Origin: Deltaproteobacteria bacterium
Lineage (GTDB): Bacteria > Desulfobacterota_D > UBA1144 > Nemesobacterales > CSP1-2
Direction of reading: 5' to 3'
DNA length: 64,000 nucleotides
NCBI GenBank assembly: GCA_052390235.1
Contig: JBQTHB010000006.1
Span: 1 to 64,000, forward strand
A program made the translations under genes and the position numbers. Each line of letters opens with the position of its first letter. Position 1 is the stretch's first letter. The notes under the pieces are model-generated. The model did not search any database. It worked only from the letters and a program-made list of their open reading frames with translations, and was not told the origin of the DNA. Of this stretch, positions 50,651-61,482 are shown piece after piece.

Positions 50651-51880
50651 TTATCCTTCTATCAGCAGGGACTCAGGGTCTTCCACCAATTCTTTAACCT
50701 TCACTAGGAACTGCACCGCCTCTCTGCCGTCAACCATCCTGTGGTCGTAGCTGAGCGCGATGTACATCATCGGGCGCACTACTATCTCGCCCTTGACCGC
50801 CATCGGGCGGTCTTCAATTTTATGCAGTCCCAAGATGCCGACCTGTGGGGGATTGAGTATCGGCGTGCTCATAAGCGAGCCGAATACCCCGCCGTTGGTT
50901 ATAGTGAACGTGCCGCCGAGCATATCCTGTATGGTAAGAGTGCCCTTGTCGGCTTTGTCGGCGAAAACCTTAATGGCTTTTTCAATCTGCGCGAAGCTCA
51001 GGCGGTCTGCGTCTCTGATGACCGGCACGACTAGCCCTTCGGATGCTCCGATGGCGACTCCAATATCGTAGTAGTTTTTGAATATTACATCGTCGTCCTG
51101 AATCTCGCCGTTGATTTGCGGAAACGCCTTCAGCGCCCCGATGGAGGCTTTGATGAAGAATGAATTTAGCCCAAGCCCGACGCCGAACTTCTCTTTAAAC
51201 GAGTCCTTGCGGCGCTTTCTTAGATTCATCACCGCCGTCATATCTACTTCGTTGAACGTGGTGAGAATGGCGGCTGTGCGCTGAGCCTCGACCATTCTGC
51301 GGGCAATGGTGCGGCGGCGGCGCGTCATGCGGACTCTCTGCTCCCCCCTTGGGTCGGCGGTGTAAATCTGCAGGGGCGCGGCATCAGCCTTTTTCTGAGT
51401 ATCAATAGGGGCGGGTTTTGTCTCGGCGCGAACCTCGGCAAATTTTTCGACGTCTCCTTTCATCACCCTGCCGCTTGGGCCCGTAGCCGGCACTTTGGAC
51501 GTATCCACGCCAAGCTCTTTAGCGGTGTTTGCGGCAACCGGCGTTACCTTTGCCGCTGTTTCATGCGCTACCGGGGCCTGTTTTACCTGCTCCGCCGGTT
51601 TCGGCTCTGCGGCGGCTGTCTTTGCTTCGGCAGCAGCGCCCTCGGCTAATACTCCAAGCACGTCGCCGACTCTCACGTCCTGACCTGCGGGCTTTTCAAT
51701 CCTCGCCAGCACCCCAGTCTGTTCAGAGGCGACCTCAAAATTAGCCTTTTCCGTCTCAAGCTCAACAACAGACTCGCCGATGGAGACCTTTTCACCCTCT
51801 TTCTTCAACCACCTAAGCACCGTCGCTTCCACAACGGATTCACTTAACTGCGGAACAACTATATTAATTGGCATCTTCAT
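50651..51880 (-). CDS. sucB: 2-oxoglutarate dehydrogenase E2 (dihydrolipoamide succinyltransferase)
   Basis: Lipoyl ELETEKA, E3-binding domain, [10 protein letters not shown]. Confidence 0.96.
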   Translation of the reverse strand: MKMPINIVVPQLSESVVEATVLRWLKKEGEKVSIGESVVELETEKANFEVASEQTGVLARIEKPAGQDVRVGDVLGVLAEGAAAEAKTAAAEPKPAEQVKQAPVAHETAAKVTPVAANTAKELGVDTSKVPATGPSGRVMKGDVEKFAEVRAETKPAPIDTQKKADAAPLQIYTADPRGEQRVRMTRRRRTIARRMVEAQRTAAILTTFNEVDMTAVMNLRKRRKDSFKEKFGVGLGLNSFFIKASIGALKAFPQINGEIQDDDVIFKNYYDIGVAIGASEGLVVPVIRDADRLSFAQIEKAIKVFADKADKGTLTIQDMLGGTFTITNGGVFGSLMSTPILNPPQVGILGLHKIEDRPMAVKGEIVVRPMMYIALSYDHRMVDGREAVQFLVKVKELVEDPESLLIEG

Positions 51881-51890
51881 CGCTCCTCAA

Positions 51891-54704
51891 CTACACATTT
51901 TTTAAGTTTAAAACTCCCTTCTGTTTAATCTCCAGTTTCATGTTATAAGCAAGCTGCACTATGGCATCCTGATTCACCTTGTGCATTGACGCAAAGCCTT
52001 CGGCGGGGCTTGAATTCCTAGAGCGCCCTATGTAATGCAGTGGGTAGTCGCCGGCTATAATTTTTCTCAGCCTCGGATACATATACGCCCACGCCCCCAT
52101 GTTCTCCGGCTCCTCCTGAAGCCACACGACCTCTTTGAGCTTCGGGTATCCTTTGATAATCTGAGTTATCTCGTCCGCCGGAAGCGAATAGAGTTGCTCC
52201 ACGCGAGCTATGGCGATGTCCGGGCTTTTATCCCGAAGTTCGCTCGAAACCAGATCCACATACACCTTGCCGCTGCACAGTATCAGGCGGCGCACTTTAT
52301 CCGCCCTTTCGCGGGCTTTATCGTCGTTAATCACGGGCACCCACTTGCCTTCGGAAAACGCCCTAAGCGGCGATGCCACAAGCGGGTGCCTGAGGAGTCC
52401 TTTCGGGGTCATGATAATGAGCGGCAGCGGGTCGGTCTTAAGAAGCAGGGCTTGCCTTCTGAGTAGGTGAAAGTACTGGGCAGAGGTGGTGCAATTGGCA
52501 ACGCGCATATTTATCTCGGCGCACAGCTCGAGGAATCTCTCAAGGCGTCCGCTGCAGTGGTCTGGACCCTGCCCCTCGTAGGCGTGCGGGAGCATAAGCG
52601 CTAGGGATGGGGTCTGCCCCCATTTCGCCCTTGCCGAGGTAACAAATTCATCAATTATCGTGTGCGCCCCATTGATAAAATCCCCGTACTGCGCCTCCCA
52701 AAGCACCAGTCTTCCCGGCTCCTGAATGTTATAACCGTATTCAAATCCAATCGTCGCGTTCTCGGTAAGCGGGCTATTATGCACTTCAAAAGCCGCGCTC
52801 GCCTCCGCAAACGACTGAAGCGGGGCGAATCTCCTGCCATTTTTAGCGTCGCTTAGGACACAGTGGCGCTGGCTATAAGTGCCGCGCTCGGAATCCTGCC
52901 CGGTGAGCCGGATGGATATGCCGTCGGCTAGGATTGAGGCAAAGGCAAGTTCCTCGCCCTGAGACCAGTCAATTGACGCCTCATCGGGATTATCAAGGGC
53001 TTTTTTCTTCCTCTCGAACCCGCGCACGAGCTTTGGGTGAATAGTAAACCCCTCTGGCAGGGTCGTTAGAGATTTATTGATGGCTCTGAGCGACTCGGCG
53101 GGAACGGCGGTTTTCGTTTTCTTCGCAAGCCCGGTCGGCGGCGGTATGGGAATGCCCTCCTCGGCGGCTATTGCGGCTTCAGGGGATTCAAAAGCGGCGT
53201 GGAGTTCTTTGGTTGATTTACTAATTAGCTCTTCGGCGAAATCTCTGGTAATTTCCCCGCGGGCGATGAGCTTATTAGCCCATATCTCCCTTGCCGTCGG
53301 ATGCTTGTCAATAACCTGATACATTAGCGGCTGAGTGAATGACGGCTCGTCCGCCTCGTTGTGTCCGTGCCTGCGGTAGCCGACAAGGTCAATGAGGAAG
53401 TCCTTTCTGAATTTGGCGAAATAGCCGAATGCCATGCGCACTGCCTCGATGCAAGCCTCCGGGTCGTCGGCGTTAACGTGAATTATCGGTATATCGAACC
53501 CTTTGGCGAGGTCGCTGGCGTACAGAGTGCTTCGGCTGGACTCGGGGTTTGTCGTGTAGCCGAGTTGGTTATTGGTAATGATGTGAATTGTGCCTCCGGT
53601 GGTGTATCCCCTAAGGCGCGAGAGGTTAAGGGTCTCGGCTACAATTCCCTGCCCCTGAAATGCGGCGTCTCCGTGAACGATAAGGGGGAGCGTAATTCTG
53701 TAGTCAAAATCCGGCGCTCCGGCTTTATTGACCTTTGTTCCAGCGGCGCGCGCCATGCCCTGAATCACGGGGTTTACGGCTTCCAGGTGGCTCGGGTTCG
53801 GCGCAAGTGTTACGACGAGGTCAATTTGTCTGCCGTTTCTGACCGACCTTCTGGCGGATTCGTGATATTTCACATCGCCCGTCCAGCCGATGTCGTCTTT
53901 AAACACGCTAACCGGGTCTTTGAATTTCGCAATCATCTTGGCGTAGGGTTTATTTAGGACGTGCGTCATCACATTGAGCCTGCCCCTGTGCGCCATGCCG
54001 ACAAGGACGTTCACAATACCCGACTCAGCAGAATCCCCGATGAGTTCGTCGAGCATCGGGACGAGCATATCCACTCCTTCGATGGAGAAACGGAATTTGC
54101 CCGGGAACATCTTGTGCAGAAATCTCTCGAACATCTCCACTTGGGTGAGCCTCTCAAGCAGTCCCCTGAGGTTTATCGGGTCTTTTGGGTGGCGGTAAGC
54201 GCCGGCTTCGGAGGCGTCCATGAGCCAGTCGCGCTCTTCGCGGATGTTGATATGCTCAAAATCGTAGCCAATGGAGGAGGAATGAATCCGCCTGAGCGCC
54301 TCGATAGCCTCAAGGGCGTTTGCGGCGCGCACGGCAACGGGCCCTGCGACGAGGCTCGCGGGAAGGGCGCGCAGGTCGTCTTCGGTGAGTCCGTAGGTTT
54401 TCATATCAATTGAATAATCCCCCGGAGGCGGAGTCCCAAGCGGGTCTATGTGGGCGGCGAGGTTGCCAAATTTGCGGATGGACTCGGCGAGATTGGCAAC
54501 GCCTGCAATTTTATTTAAGTTGATATTGCTGAGGTTTGCAGGGGATGCCATTTTAGCGGCTTCGTCCTCTTCGCGGGCAGGTTTGAAATTAGCAAAATAC
54601 GCCACTGTCGCTGAATCCACGGAATTGGGATCCTCCAAGTAGCGATCATAAAGCTCTAGTATATAACCCAAGTTGGGTCCGTGAAAATCACTTCTAATAT
54701 TCAT
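51891..54704 (-). CDS. sucA: 2-oxoglutarate dehydrogenase E1
   Basis: GMAHRGRLN, GDVKYH, NPSHLE, HGDAAF, WEAQYGDF. Confidence 0.97.
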   Translation of the reverse strand: MNIRSDFHGPNLGYILELYDRYLEDPNSVDSATVAYFANFKPAREEDEAAKMASPANLSNINLNKIAGVANLAESIRKFGNLAAHIDPLGTPPPGDYSIDMKTYGLTEDDLRALPASLVAGPVAVRAANALEAIEALRRIHSSSIGYDFEHINIREERDWLMDASEAGAYRHPKDPINLRGLLERLTQVEMFERFLHKMFPGKFRFSIEGVDMLVPMLDELIGDSAESGIVNVLVGMAHRGRLNVMTHVLNKPYAKMIAKFKDPVSVFKDDIGWTGDVKYHESARRSVRNGRQIDLVVTLAPNPSHLEAVNPVIQGMARAAGTKVNKAGAPDFDYRITLPLIVHGDAAFQGQGIVAETLNLSRLRGYTTGGTIHIITNNQLGYTTNPESSRSTLYASDLAKGFDIPIIHVNADDPEACIEAVRMAFGYFAKFRKDFLIDLVGYRRHGHNEADEPSFTQPLMYQVIDKHPTAREIWANKLIARGEITRDFAEELISKSTKELHAAFESPEAAIAAEEGIPIPPPTGLAKKTKTAVPAESLRAINKSLTTLPEGFTIHPKLVRGFERKKKALDNPDEASIDWSQGEELAFASILADGISIRLTGQDSERGTYSQRHCVLSDAKNGRRFAPLQSFAEASAAFEVHNSPLTENATIGFEYGYNIQEPGRLVLWEAQYGDFINGAHTIIDEFVTSARAKWGQTPSLALMLPHAYEGQGPDHCSGRLERFLELCAEINMRVANCTTSAQYFHLLRRQALLLKTDPLPLIIMTPKGLLRHPLVASPLRAFSEGKWVPVINDDKARERADKVRRLILCSGKVYVDLVSSELRDKSPDIAIARVEQLYSLPADEITQIIKGYPKLKEVVWLQEEPENMGAWAYMYPRLRKIIAGDYPLHYIGRSRNSSPAEGFASMHKVNQDAIVQLAYNMKLEIKQKGVLNLKNV

Positions 54705-54956
54705 GGCTCTCCTGAGGATTCTTTATTTAAAAAAGCGCAGAAATGTCGAAATAATAGCATAAATTGATTTATAGTAAATAATTATGATAACCCAAAACGA
54801 CTTACATTATAGCACAATTCGAGGCTCTGCAAAGCTCGCGCGCCCCCGCCGATAGGCCTCGAATCTATGTTTTTCCCAACCCCCACATCGCCGCAATTTC
54901 GGGGCTTTTTTCATGGTAAAATAACGCAAAATCGCTCCCCAAGGAGACCCCCGCTC

Positions 54957-55751
54957 ATGACAAAATCCCCCGAGCTGATTGCCGAGAGCGTCGGCGGCAT
55001 CTGCACCGTTACCATCCACAGGCCCGACAAGAGAAACTCCCTTACGCCCGACATCCTGCTGCGGCTCGCCTCGATGCTACGCGAGATGGAAAGCGGGCCG
55101 GCAAGGTGCGTCGTCCTCAGAGGCTCAGGCGATAAGGCATTCTCCTCTGGCTACGACATCTCGGCAATAGGGAAAATCGAGAACGATATGATGCGAGACT
55201 ATCAAGACGACCACCCCCTCACCCTAGCAAACCGCGCCATTGAGAGCCATCCCGCGCCCGTTATAGCGATGATAAACGGCTACGCCTTCGGGGCGGGGCT
55301 TGAGCTTGCCCTAAGCTGCGATATTAGAATCTGCGCCGATACGGCAATCCTGGGGATGCCCCCGGCAAGGCTCGGAGTTACGTACAGCTACGAGGGGATT
55401 AGGAAATTTCTAAATCTCATCGGGCTTGGCTACGCAAAAGAGATGTTCCTCACGGGCAGAAGCGTTGACGCCCCGAAGGCAGAGCGCATGGGACTTGTCA
55501 ACTATATCCGGCCGGCGGCGGAACTCGAAGCGTTCACCTACGCAATGGCCAGAGAGATTGAGGGGAACGCCCCGCTTTCCATGAGCGCGATGAAGGGGAT
55601 GATAAACTCGTGGCAGAGGAATCAGCGCCCCTCCGAGCAGGACGAGGAGGCGATAAAAGCTCTCATCGGGCGCGTGCAAGAGAGCGAGGATTACAGGGAA
55701 GGGCAGAGGGCTTTTGCCGAGAAGAGAAAGCCCCGCTTTACCGGAAGCTAG
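54957..55751 (+). CDS. Enoyl-CoA hydratase/isomerase family protein
   Basis: RPDKRNSL, FSSGYDI, GYAFGAGLELAL, AFAEKRKPRFTG. Confidence 0.92.
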   Translation: MTKSPELIAESVGGICTVTIHRPDKRNSLTPDILLRLASMLREMESGPARCVVLRGSGDKAFSSGYDISAIGKIENDMMRDYQDDHPLTLANRAIESHPAPVIAMINGYAFGAGLELALSCDIRICADTAILGMPPARLGVTYSYEGIRKFLNLIGLGYAKEMFLTGRSVDAPKAERMGLVNYIRPAAELEAFTYAMAREIEGNAPLSMSAMKGMINSWQRNQRPSEQDEEAIKALIGRVQESEDYREGQRAFAEKRKPRFTGS

Positions 55752-55862
55752 GGCGCGGCGGCGGCAGATAGCGAGACAAATTCATCGGTTACGGGCGCTT
55801 GCTTTAATTGAAGCGAGCGTGCTATAATCGAGCGCGTAGCCCCGCGATATAGGCTTAGCCAG

Positions 55863-56825
55863 ATGAAACAAATTAATCTCCCGCTAAATCTCATCGAATT
55901 AGAAAAAGTAAAAACCTACGAGCCAAGGGTTAAACCTTTTGTTAAATGGGCGGGCGGCAAGACTCAGCTTTTGGGGCAGATAGCAGGGGTTTTCCCCGCC
56001 GCACTGAAGTCGGGAGTGATCAAAAAATACGCGGAACCGTTTGTGGGAAGCGGCGCGGTTTTCTTTCATATAATCCAAAACTATCACGTTAAAAAATCTT
56101 TTATTTCGGACTCTAGCCAAGAGCTTATTTTGACCTATCTCGCAGTACAGCGGCGCGTTGAATCAGTGATTGATCATCTGGAGGCTATAGAGCGGGACTA
56201 TCACAAACTAAGCTATGAGCGGCAGAGGAATTTTTTCTACGGCGTCCGCTCCGATTTTAATCGCAATATGGCGGAGATTGATTCCCTTGAACCGAATGTT
56301 GAACAAGCGGCTCGTTTTATTTTCTTAAATCGCACCTGCTATAACGGCTTGTTTAGGGTTAATTCTAAAGGCGCGTTTAATGTCCCCTTTGGCAGCTATA
56401 AGAATCCGCAAATCTGCTTCCCCAAAACGCTACGAGACGCCGCTCAAGCCCTGCAAAATGTGGAAATTCACTGTGGCGACTTTACCCTCTGCCGAGGCTT
56501 CGTTGACAGTGATAGTTTCGTCTATTTTGATCCACCTTACAGACCGATTAGTCAAACATCGAGTTTTAACTCGTATCAGCGAATAGACTTCGGGGACAGA
56601 TCTCAAATCAGACTAGCCGACTTTTTTCGTGAGCTTCACCAAACTGAAGCTAAGTTAATGCTGAGCAATTCCGACCAGCAGAACCGCGAGGGCAATAGTA
56701 ATTTTTTTGAGACCGTTTACAGCGGCTTTAAGATACATAGAGTTTTAGCCAGCCGCATGATCAATTCCAACGGCGGTAAGAGAGGGAAAATTACGGAGTT
56801 ATTAATTACCAATTATGAAACCTGA
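55863..56825 (+). CDS. Dam-family (D12 class) N6-adenine DNA methyltransferase
   Basis: KWAGGK, EPFVGSGAV, LNRTCYNGLFRVN, YFDPPY. Confidence 0.95.
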   Translation: MKQINLPLNLIELEKVKTYEPRVKPFVKWAGGKTQLLGQIAGVFPAALKSGVIKKYAEPFVGSGAVFFHIIQNYHVKKSFISDSSQELILTYLAVQRRVESVIDHLEAIERDYHKLSYERQRNFFYGVRSDFNRNMAEIDSLEPNVEQAARFIFLNRTCYNGLFRVNSKGAFNVPFGSYKNPQICFPKTLRDAAQALQNVEIHCGDFTLCRGFVDSDSFVYFDPPYRPISQTSSFNSYQRIDFGDRSQIRLADFFRELHQTEAKLMLSNSDQQNREGNSNFFETVYSGFKIHRVLASRMINSNGGKRGKITELLITNYET

Positions 56826-57606
56826 AAATCTCAGACCCAGCGATGTTGCATGGCAGGCAATTTTTGACCGGTACAAAATAGGAGAGCATAATTTTGAACG
56901 CGAGCAGTTCCCACTGACGGCGGAACAAATCAAAGATGCCACGAGACAGTTTAAAACCACGGGACAGAGAGAAGCGCGCATCCTCTGCAAGCAAGACACT
57001 AGAGAATCCAGGCCTTCTGTATTTCAAAAAAATGGGCTTTTTATTCTTCCCGTCAAAAACGGCAATTATATAATTGTAAAGGGCGAAGGCTATGTTGATC
57101 TGCCTGTTATCACAGAGATAACTCAGATCTATTTCTCGAAACTCGGCTTCAAGCCCGCTACTTCCGCCATCGGCAATTCGGAAATGCAGTACCTAGATTT
57201 CGCATACGCCGCGAGTTTAATTCGCACTTTTATGGATGACGATAGCCTAGCGCTAACTATCAGGGGACGCAAATACACCCCTAGATTCAGTTTTTCAGTT
57301 GGAAGCCAAAGCATAACGGTTGAAAGTGTTCAAACCGAGGTTGACGCAGGTTATGAGGGAGAGAATCAAGTGGTTTTAGTCGAGGCAAAGGGCGGCGGGG
57401 CGAGTAATACGATAATTCGCCAACTGTATTATCCCCTTCGGCAATGGACAGAGCATCTGAGGCGAGCCAGCATTCAAAAGTCGGTATCTACTATATTTTT
57501 TGAGAAGCAAGGCGGCGAATACCTGCTGTGGCAATTTCGATTTTCTGAGGAAAGTGATTATAACTCAATAGAGCTTGTGCGATCCGGCAAATTTGAGATT
57601 CTTTGA
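56815..57606 (+). CDS. Putative type II restriction endonuclease
   Basis: Overlaps the methylase stop; EVDAGYEG..VVLVEAK..RQLYYP PD-(D/E)xK-like core; AT-rich. Confidence 0.7.
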   Translation: MKPENLRPSDVAWQAIFDRYKIGEHNFEREQFPLTAEQIKDATRQFKTTGQREARILCKQDTRESRPSVFQKNGLFILPVKNGNYIIVKGEGYVDLPVITEITQIYFSKLGFKPATSAIGNSEMQYLDFAYAASLIRTFMDDDSLALTIRGRKYTPRFSFSVGSQSITVESVQTEVDAGYEGENQVVLVEAKGGGASNTIIRQLYYPLRQWTEHLRRASIQKSVSTIFFEKQGGEYLLWQFRFSEESDYNSIELVRSGKFEIL

Positions 57607-57659
57607 TAATGGCACAATTAACCGCAAAAGCAGGAATCATATATGGGGATTCATCAGTG

Positions 57660-58601
57660 ATGCAGAAATTGCGCGTAAATAAATCCGATACCACAATAGG
57701 ATGGATTGGCACGGGGATAATGGGCGCGCCGATGTGCGGGCATATCATCGCATCGGGATTCAGCGCCGTCGTCTATAATAAAACTAAAGAGAGGGCGTCA
57801 GGGTTAATCGAAGCCGGAGCGGCGTGGGCGGCGTCCCCGAGGGAGGTTGCCGAGCGGGCAGATGTGATTTTCACCATCGTGGGATTCCCCGAAGACGTGA
57901 GAGAGGTCTATTTCGCAGAGCGGGGGATTCTCCGGGGCGCAAGGGCGGGGAGCATAGCAGTTGATATGACCACGACTGAGCCGTCGCTTGCTAAGGAAAT
58001 TTACGAGGCGGCAGGGGCGATGGGTGTTTCGACGATTGACGCTCCCGTTTCAGGCGGGGACGTGGGGGCGAGAGCGGCGAGGCTATCCATAATGGTCGGA
58101 GGGGATAGAAATACCGCCGACGCGCTGATGCCACTATTCGAGCTAATGGGGCGGAATATCGTCTATCAGGGCGGGGCAGGCGCGGGACAGCACGCGAAAA
58201 TGTGCAATCAGATTGTGGCGGCGGGCAATATGATTGGGCTATGTGAGAGCCTAGTCTATGCGCGGCGGTGCGGAATTGACCCCTATCGGATGCTCGAATC
58301 CACGACAAAAGGGGCGGCTAACTCGTGGCTTCTGGAAAACCTCTCTCCGAAAATTATCAGAGGAGACTTAGCCCCGGGATTTTTCGTCGAGCATTTCATC
58401 AAGGATATGGACATCGCCCTGCGGGAGGCCGAACGGATGGGTATCACACTACCCGGACTTGCTCTGGTGAAATCCCTCTATATGAAATTGAGAGATATGG
58501 GACACGGGCGGCTAGGCGCTCAGGCGCTTGTTTTAGCATTAGATGACATCTCAAATAACCCTCAGAACGACGCTGCGAATCACTATAGAATTCTCGGCTA
58601 A
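57660..58601 (+). CDS. 3-hydroxyisobutyrate dehydrogenase-family NAD(P)-dependent oxidoreductase
   Basis: GWIGTGIMG, DAPVSGGD, GQHAKMCNQ, HFIKDM. Confidence 0.93.
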   Translation: MQKLRVNKSDTTIGWIGTGIMGAPMCGHIIASGFSAVVYNKTKERASGLIEAGAAWAASPREVAERADVIFTIVGFPEDVREVYFAERGILRGARAGSIAVDMTTTEPSLAKEIYEAAGAMGVSTIDAPVSGGDVGARAARLSIMVGGDRNTADALMPLFELMGRNIVYQGGAGAGQHAKMCNQIVAAGNMIGLCESLVYARRCGIDPYRMLESTTKGAANSWLLENLSPKIIRGDLAPGFFVEHFIKDMDIALREAERMGITLPGLALVKSLYMKLRDMGHGRLGAQALVLALDDISNNPQNDAANHYRILG

Positions 58602-58616
58602 AGCGCCATCCCGAAG

Positions 58617-59528
58617 TTAACTTCCGTAGCCGAATTCCCGTATCAGGTTTGGATCGTCCGACCACCGCTCCTTGACCTTCACCCAAAGCTCTAGGAACAC
58701 CTTTGCGCCTAACACTCTCTCGATGTCAGCCCGCGCGAGGCTTCCAACCTGCTTGAGCATCTCTCCTTTTTTGCCGATGATGATTCCCTTGTGATTATCG
58801 CGCTCAACGTAGATTACGGCTGAGATTCTCACCAACTTCTTATCGTCGGCGGCATCCTCGAAGCTCTCAATGACGACAGCCGTCTTATAGGGAATCTCCT
58901 CGCGGGTGAGGCTGAAGATCTTCTCACGGATGAACTCGGCGGCGATAAATCTCTCAGGCTGGTCTGTGATCATCTCGTCGGGGAAGAATTTTGGGCCCGG
59001 CTCGGTGTATTTGATGATAGTCGAGAGCAAATCCCCGATGCCGTCGGAGGCGAGAGCCGAAATCGGGACGACTTCGAGAAATTTCCCCCCGAATCTCTGC
59101 GATTCGGCGATGATGTCGAGAATCGCCCCTTTTCTTATGGTATCAATTTTATTTATTACGAGGATGGCGGGCTTCGGCAGATTTTCAATAATAAACGCAT
59201 CCCCCCTGCCGAAAGGCTCATCCACTTCTATCATCATCACGATGACGTCGGCTTCCGAGATGGCGTTCATGGCGGTCTGAACCATCGCGCGCCCAAGATA
59301 CCCCTTAGCCTTGTGAATGCCCGGCGTGTCTAGGAACACAAGCTGGACATCGGGAAGGGTTTTTATGCCTAGGACGCGGTTTCGCGTGGTGTTGGGTCTG
59401 TTGGAGACGGCGGCGATTTTCTCGCCCACTAGGGCATTGAGAAGCGTGGATTTGCCGACGTTCGGCCTGCCAACTATCGAGACAAAGCCTGAGCGGAAAT
59501 TGTTTTCATCGCGTGTTTCTTCATTCAT
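58617..59528 (-). CDS. era: GTPase Era
   Basis: GRPNVGKST, TTRN, DTPG, NKID, KH domain IIIGKKG. Confidence 0.98.
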   Translation of the reverse strand: MNEETRDENNFRSGFVSIVGRPNVGKSTLLNALVGEKIAAVSNRPNTTRNRVLGIKTLPDVQLVFLDTPGIHKAKGYLGRAMVQTAMNAISEADVIVMMIEVDEPFGRGDAFIIENLPKPAILVINKIDTIRKGAILDIIAESQRFGGKFLEVVPISALASDGIGDLLSTIIKYTEPGPKFFPDEMITDQPERFIAAEFIREKIFSLTREEIPYKTAVVIESFEDAADDKKLVRISAVIYVERDNHKGIIIGKKGEMLKQVGSLARADIERVLGAKVFLELWVKVKERWSDDPNLIREFGYGS

Positions 59529-59743
59529 AGAGGGGAATTATATCCGCGAATGCCGAGAGTGGGAAATTGGAGGGGAGTAGCCGCGGACAGAGCCGAATCG
59601 GTATCGCGCAGGACTAGCTCGCCGGCACATATAGGAGCAACAATATGAGCCAAGTCGTTGACGAGGCAATTTAGCCCTGACAGAAGCTCACAACCAAGCG
59701 AGGAGCCGAGCGGCGTTATAGCCGTGGTCTGTTAAGTTAAATT

Positions 59744-61225
59744 TCAGCTCGAATACCAATCAAAAGTGGTATCAGCTAGGTTCATCGTTACCTGCTTGGG
59801 CTCGGTGTATTCATAGGCGGCACTCCTGCCGAGGTCGCTGCCGAAGCCGCTCATCTTGACCCCTCCCCACGGGAGCTGGCTAAAGACCATCTGCGATGAG
59901 TTGACCCAGACGACTCCTGCCTGAATCTCTCTAGCAACGCGGTGCGCCCTGCTCAAATCCTTCGTGAATACCGCTCCCGCAAGACCGTACCTGCTCTGGT
60001 TTGCGATTTGTACGGCCTGCCGCTCATCGCCGAATTTCATGACCGCAAGCACGGGCGCGAAAATCTCTTCCCGCGCTATCGTCATATCCGCTGAAACGTC
60101 TGTGAAAATCGTGGGAGCGAGATAAAACCCCCGCCGAAGCTCCCCGCCGTCGAGCCGCCTTCCGCCTGATACGAGCCTAGCCCCCTCTCGCCTGCCGGTT
60201 TCTATATAGCCAAGAGCGTGTATGAGCTGTCTGCCGGAGATGAGGGTTGCCATCTGCGTAGCCTCATCCTCTGGATTGCCAATTTTTATCCCCTCGGCGA
60301 GTTTTACCAATTCCCCAACGAAGCGGTCGTGGATGCTCTCATGCACTATGAGCCTAGATGTTGCCGAACACATCTGCCCCTGATTGGCGAATATCCCGAA
60401 CGCGCTCCAGCGGACGGCGTTATCTAAATCGGCATCGGGAAAAACGATGGCGGCGGATTTCCCTCCCAGCTCAAGCGAGAGCCTTTTGACACTCTCCGAT
60501 GCGGCGCGCATGACTTTTTTGCCCGTATGAAGACTCCCTGTAAACGCGATTTTATCCACATTTTCATCAGATGCGATGCAAGAGCCGACCTCGCCCGCTC
60601 CCGTAACAATATTGACAACGCCCGGAGGGAATCCCGCTTGAGCGATGAATTCGCCGAGCCGAAGAGCCGTAAGAGGGGTAAGCTCGGATGGCTTCAGCAC
60701 GGAGCAATTTCCGGTTGCAAGAGCCGGAGCGAGCTTCCATGCCGCCATCAGAAGGGGATAATTCCACGGGATAATTTGAGCTATGACGCCGATAGGCTCC
60801 CTGAGAGTCATAGCAAAGACGTTGGCATCCGGCGTTGGGATAACTTCCCCCGAAATTTTATCGGCAAGTCCGGCGAAGAACTCAAAGCACGAGGCGGCAT
60901 CTTCAACATCAACCCTCGCCTCCCTTATGGGTTTGCCTGAATTTCTGGTCTCCGCAAGAGCCAGTTCGGCGGCGGCCGCTCTAATGGATTCGGCAACTCT
61001 GAGCAGAAGCCTGCCGCGTTCAGGTTGAGGGGTACGCCTCCATTTGCCCTCGTCAAATGCGCGCCTAGCCGCAAGAGCCGCCGCTCGGACATCCTCGGCG
61101 GAGGCAACGGGAACGCGGGCAATGACATCTCCCGTTGCGGGATTGATGATTGGCGAGACCTCGCCCGCGCTTGAAGAAACCCACTTGCCGCCGATAAACA
61201 TACGGCGCTCGATTATATCTGCCAT
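59744..61225 (-). CDS. Aldehyde dehydrogenase
   Basis: PWNYP, KPSELTP, FTGS, LELGGKS, GQMCSA, EEIFAP. Confidence 0.96.
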   Translation of the reverse strand: MADIIERRMFIGGKWVSSSAGEVSPIINPATGDVIARVPVASAEDVRAAALAARRAFDEGKWRRTPQPERGRLLLRVAESIRAAAAELALAETRNSGKPIREARVDVEDAASCFEFFAGLADKISGEVIPTPDANVFAMTLREPIGVIAQIIPWNYPLLMAAWKLAPALATGNCSVLKPSELTPLTALRLGEFIAQAGFPPGVVNIVTGAGEVGSCIASDENVDKIAFTGSLHTGKKVMRAASESVKRLSLELGGKSAAIVFPDADLDNAVRWSAFGIFANQGQMCSATSRLIVHESIHDRFVGELVKLAEGIKIGNPEDEATQMATLISGRQLIHALGYIETGRREGARLVSGGRRLDGGELRRGFYLAPTIFTDVSADMTIAREEIFAPVLAVMKFGDERQAVQIANQSRYGLAGAVFTKDLSRAHRVAREIQAGVVWVNSSQMVFSQLPWGGVKMSGFGSDLGRSAAYEYTEPKQVTMNLADTTFDWYSS

Positions 61226-61416
61226 CGTAGCTCTCCCGCGCTAGAAGTACCATCTAACCATGATTGTGCGCCATTGCTCGCATATCGATTTGGAGCAAAA
61301 ACTTACAGATTTCCCGCTAAAGTTTACGCTGAGACCATTGCGATCCCCACAGACGATGCCAACCCCGATTTAAGGGGTTAATCCCGACCTAAGCCAAACT
61401 CCCACGCGCCTATTCC

Positions 61417-61452
61417 TTGCCAAATCCGCCGTAAAGGTTAACATTTTACGGC
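61417..61452 (+). promoter_or_regulatory. Candidate aspS promoter overlapped by an inverted repeat
   Basis: TTGCCA-N16-TAACAT; GCCGTAAA-N9-TTTACGGC flanks the -10. Confidence 0.45.
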
Positions 61453-61482
61453 TATTTATAAATGAAAAGGAGTTTTAACGCG

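Noticed and set aside
59631..59674. AGGAG followed by the tiny ORF MSQVVDEAI, or a ribbon-helix-helix remnant
   Set aside because: Too short to support and flanked by in-frame stops; compatible with chance
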